This document shows positions 61,434-64,000 of a stretch of DNA of 64,000 nucleotides, piece after piece. The DNA lies in NCBI GenBank assembly GCA_965248265.1, contig CBDFJF010000002.1:2688001-2752000 (forward strand), given 5' to 3'. Source of the stretch: Candidatus Latescibacterota bacterium. Its GTDB lineage: Bacteria > Latescibacterota > UBA2968 > UBA8231. Under the pieces are notes generated by a model. That model was given only the letters and a program-made list of their open reading frames with translations. It had not been told where the DNA came from and did not search any database. How positions within the stretch are numbered: position 1 is the first letter of the stretch; every line of letters starts with the position of its first letter. Made by a program: the position numbers and the translations under genes.

Positions 61434-62075
61434 CTAACCAACCTTGACCTCGGTACCCGCCATCTGCTCTTCAACATGTGCGACGCAGTCGGCAACCGAC
61501 TTGAAAGGGTGATTGGGGTAAGCCTCGAGGCTGAAGTCCAGGTCGTTGGGGCCAAAGGCGAACATGTCCACACCCGGCTTGGCGAGTAGTCTGGCATTGG
61601 TCACCGCATGCACGGACTCGAGCTGGAGGATGAGGATACCCGTCTGGTTCCACCACTCGGCGTATTCCAGCCGCTCGCTGCTGTCGTCGAAGCCGTATCC
61701 CCAGAGCGGGCCCCAGCTCCTCTTGCCGAGGGGCGGGTAGTAGAAAGCATCGATCGCCTCGTCGACAGTCGCTTCGGTTTCAACCTGAGGCACCATGATT
61801 GCCATCGGACCGAGGTCGACGTAATTGCCGATCAAATAGGCGTGGCGAGTGTGCTTGATGCGCAGTTGCACGGGGATGTCGAGTTCGTCAGCCGCGGCAC
61901 AGATGGACACCAGGCTCTCTTCATTGAGAGGGCCGTGCTGTCCGTCCACCGAGAACATGTCGACGGTGCTTCGCGCGGCGATCTCTTCGAGCTGTTGCCT
62001 GGTTGCCGTCAGGGGCGCGGGCACGACTTCGACGTCAGCTCCGCTACGTAGTCTCTGTTTGAGTGATTCGGGCAT
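61434..62075 (-). CDS. HpcH/HpaI aldolase family protein
   Basis: DGQH, MVPQVE, YPP.G.RS, QLES, GPNDL. Confidence 0.9.
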   Translation of the reverse strand: MPESLKQRLRSGADVEVVPAPLTATRQQLEEIAARSTVDMFSVDGQHGPLNEESLVSICAAADELDIPVQLRIKHTRHAYLIGNYVDLGPMAIMVPQVETEATVDEAIDAFYYPPLGKRSWGPLWGYGFDDSSERLEYAEWWNQTGILILQLESVHAVTNARLLAKPGVDMFAFGPNDLDFSLEAYPNHPFKSVADCVAHVEEQMAGTEVKVG

Positions 62076-62211
62076 GTTGCCACCTTCCTGGTTCACTACC
62101 GAGTTTTGCGCTTGGTTTGTTATGTCCTGGAATATGACCAGTGGCTGAATGTGCCTATCCCGTTGAGGATCTGGCAAGACCCCCGACACCTCTTCTTATA
62201 GAGGCAACGAC

Positions 62212-64000
62212 ATGAAGGCAGTGTTGAGCGACTACAACGCCGCTTGCTCGCTCGAGCCGCATCATCCATCACTGAACCACGGAATCTGGTCGGCAGAATT
62301 GGGTAAGGCCCGCCTTGCGGGGGGTGAGCTCTTCACATCTGATACGTCAACGGATGACCACCGCGGGGGGCGGGGGAGGTACTACCGTCGACGATTGACC
62401 CCCGAGGAGTTCGCCCAGGGTGCTGATCTGCGGGTCGAAGCGACATTTCGCGTACTGCAGAGCATCGGTAGCCCGGCAGCCACCTGTGTGGCCGTCACCA
62501 CGCCCGACGGCAGGACGTTTGGCGTCGGATTCCTCAAAGAACTCGTCTCGCCCGAACCCGATCAGGTCCTCTTTTTCGCTGACAGTGGCCAAGCGCTACA
62601 GGGCCATGGTGATTATCACTGGCCTGATTGGCTGCTCAATCCGGTGGTGCTGGGCAATTACGAGATGCCGCTCGACGTGACGCGGACCTACGTCCTGGAA
62701 CTCCTCCGGCTCGGCAGGGAAGCGAACCCGCTGGTTCGTCTTTCGATCCGGGACGCGGACCTCGAGCCCATGGAAACACCTCTGATGGAAACACCTCTGG
62801 TTGACCTCAGGAGTCGACCTGCTTTGCCGGGGGTCCTGTTCGGCCATCCGGTGATTCACGGGTACGGCGGCGCCGTCTGGCAGCGGTTGACGATCTTCAC
62901 CACGACCACCGACTCGATTGGTGTGGCCGACACGGTTCGTCATATCGGTCAACGGCGGCAGCTGTTTCTGGATGATTGGATCGTTGAGGAATCCCAAAGA
63001 CTCGAGCGTCGACTGGGGCAGCCGGTCAAGCATCCAGGAAATCCGGTTCTCAAGCGTGAGCATCCGTGGGAGGCGGTGCAATGCGATCTGTACGGCAGCG
63101 CATTGTGGGACCCGCAGATGAAGAAGCTTCGCCTCTATTACGAGACAAGAGGCAATCCCAATGGCGGAGACGACAAGCTCGCCTACGCCGAGTCAACCGA
63201 CGGCGGCTGCACGTGGGTCAAGCCGGAGCTCGCCTTGTTTCCCTTCGAGGACCATGAGCGAACGAACCTCGTCTGGCTTCCGATGGGCCGTGCGCTGGCT
63301 GGGCCGAGCGTGTTCTGTGATGAGGACGACACCGATCCGGTACGAAGGTACAAATTGTTTGCCGGGGACTATGAGCACGACTCCGATCACGCGGAGGCGA
63401 AGGGGATCCATGTGGCGTTCTCACCGGACGGGATCCACTGGGAGGGCTCGAAGCTCAACCCGGTGACAACGTTTGTCAGCGACACTGGCCACTGTGCTTT
63501 CTGGGATCCGCAGATCAACAGGTACGTGGCCTATGTCCGAGCCAAGCTCGAGAATTGGCGGCGGTGTGTGGCTCGTATCGAAAGCGAGGATTTCGAGCAC
63601 TGGACGGAGCCGGAGATCTGCTTCCATCCGCCGGTGTACCAGTACTACAGCATGGGCGTGACTCCCTACCAAGGGATCTACATCGGTACGCCCTGGGTTG
63701 TCTGGGAGAAATCAAAGGATCGCACAGCCCATACGCCCGTGATTTCCCCCGGTCTGGCAGTGAGCCGTGACGGCTGGGATTGGCAGCAACTGTTTCTGGG
63801 TCAGGCGCTGCTTCCCACGGGCGAACCGCACAGTGGCGACAATCGGCAGATCCGCATGGCCAGTTCGCTGGTGGTACTGGAGGATCGCATCCTCCTGTTC
63901 TATGGGCAGAGCGACGACCCCCACGTCAAGGACATGGGAGTGGACATCGGCATGGCCACGCTGCGCCTGGATGGCTTTGTCAGCATGGCCGGCGGCAAAC
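62212..64000 (+). CDS. five-bladed beta-propeller glycoside-hydrolase-like protein, runs off the window (absent from the ORF track)
   Basis: Open frame from ATG 62212: RQLFLDD, NPVL, YAES.DG..W.KP, S.DGIHW, SRDG..W, LRLDGFVS; in-frame METPL duplication at 62771-62800. Confidence 0.8.
   Translation, partial: MKAVLSDYNAACSLEPHHPSLNHGIWSAELGKARLAGGELFTSDTSTDDHRGGRGRYYRRRLTPEEFAQGADLRVEATFRVLQSIGSPAATCVAVTTPDGRTFGVGFLKELVSPEPDQVLFFADSGQALQGHGDYHWPDWLLNPVVLGNYEMPLDVTRTYVLELLRLGREANPLVRLSIRDADLEPMETPLMETPLVDLRSRPALPGVLFGHPVIHGYGGAVWQRLTIFTTTTDSIGVADTVRHIGQRRQLFLDDWIVEESQRLERRLGQPVKHPGNPVLKREHPWEAVQCDLYGSALWDPQMKKLRLYYETRGNPNGGDDKLAYAESTDGGCTWVKPELALFPFEDHERTNLVWLPMGRALAGPSVFCDEDDTDPVRRYKLFAGDYEHDSDHAEAKGIHVAFSPDGIHWEGSKLNPVTTFVSDTGHCAFWDPQINRYVAYVRAKLENWRRCVARIESEDFEHWTEPEICFHPPVYQYYSMGVTPYQGIYIGTPWVVWEKSKDRTAHTPVISPGLAVSRDGWDWQQLFLGQALLPTGEPHSGDNRQIRMASSLVVLEDRILLFYGQSDDPHVKDMGVDIGMATLRLDGFVSMAGGK

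Noticed and set aside
1-64000. tRNA/rRNA genes and a terIS end
   Set aside because: None recognised by eye; the 5' end of the IS91 element lies outside the window.

Overview
GC-rich bacterial DNA with the gene content of a glycan-scavenging uncultured lineage such as Latescibacterota or Poribacteria (inferred, not proven): sialidase/BNR proteins, GH95, GH-like TIM barrels, ASPIC/UnbV proteins, PhyH dioxygenases, FlgD-Ig protein, RtcB, GT4 and a carbamoyltransferase. The first ~41 kb is a mosaic built around an IS91/ISCR-type rolling-circle (HUH) transposase. One near-complete gene lies at 1-1353. About 17 IS91-derived 3' segments from roughly six sub-families (C-terminal tail and/or 3' UTR) are scattered through the window, and 14 of them end in a conserved oriIS-like terminus. 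Most are co-oriented and separated by 0.3-3 kb cargo blocks whose genes are often cut at the junctions. This looks like a gene-capture array built from oriIS mini-elements. Two unrelated IS110-family elements (three insertions) sit inside that terminus. Their bridge RNAs can be read from the sequence: target loops match the oriIS motif, donor loops match their own circle junctions, and circularisation creates -35/17/-10 promoters. A 50-bp double-hairpin mini-element interrupts the transposase and recurs, with compensatory changes, at 55.6 kb. A 1121-bp duplicated segment with reciprocal truncations suggests ori+cargo circle integration followed by an ~19-kb inversion. The repeat density means assembly artefacts must be excluded with long reads.
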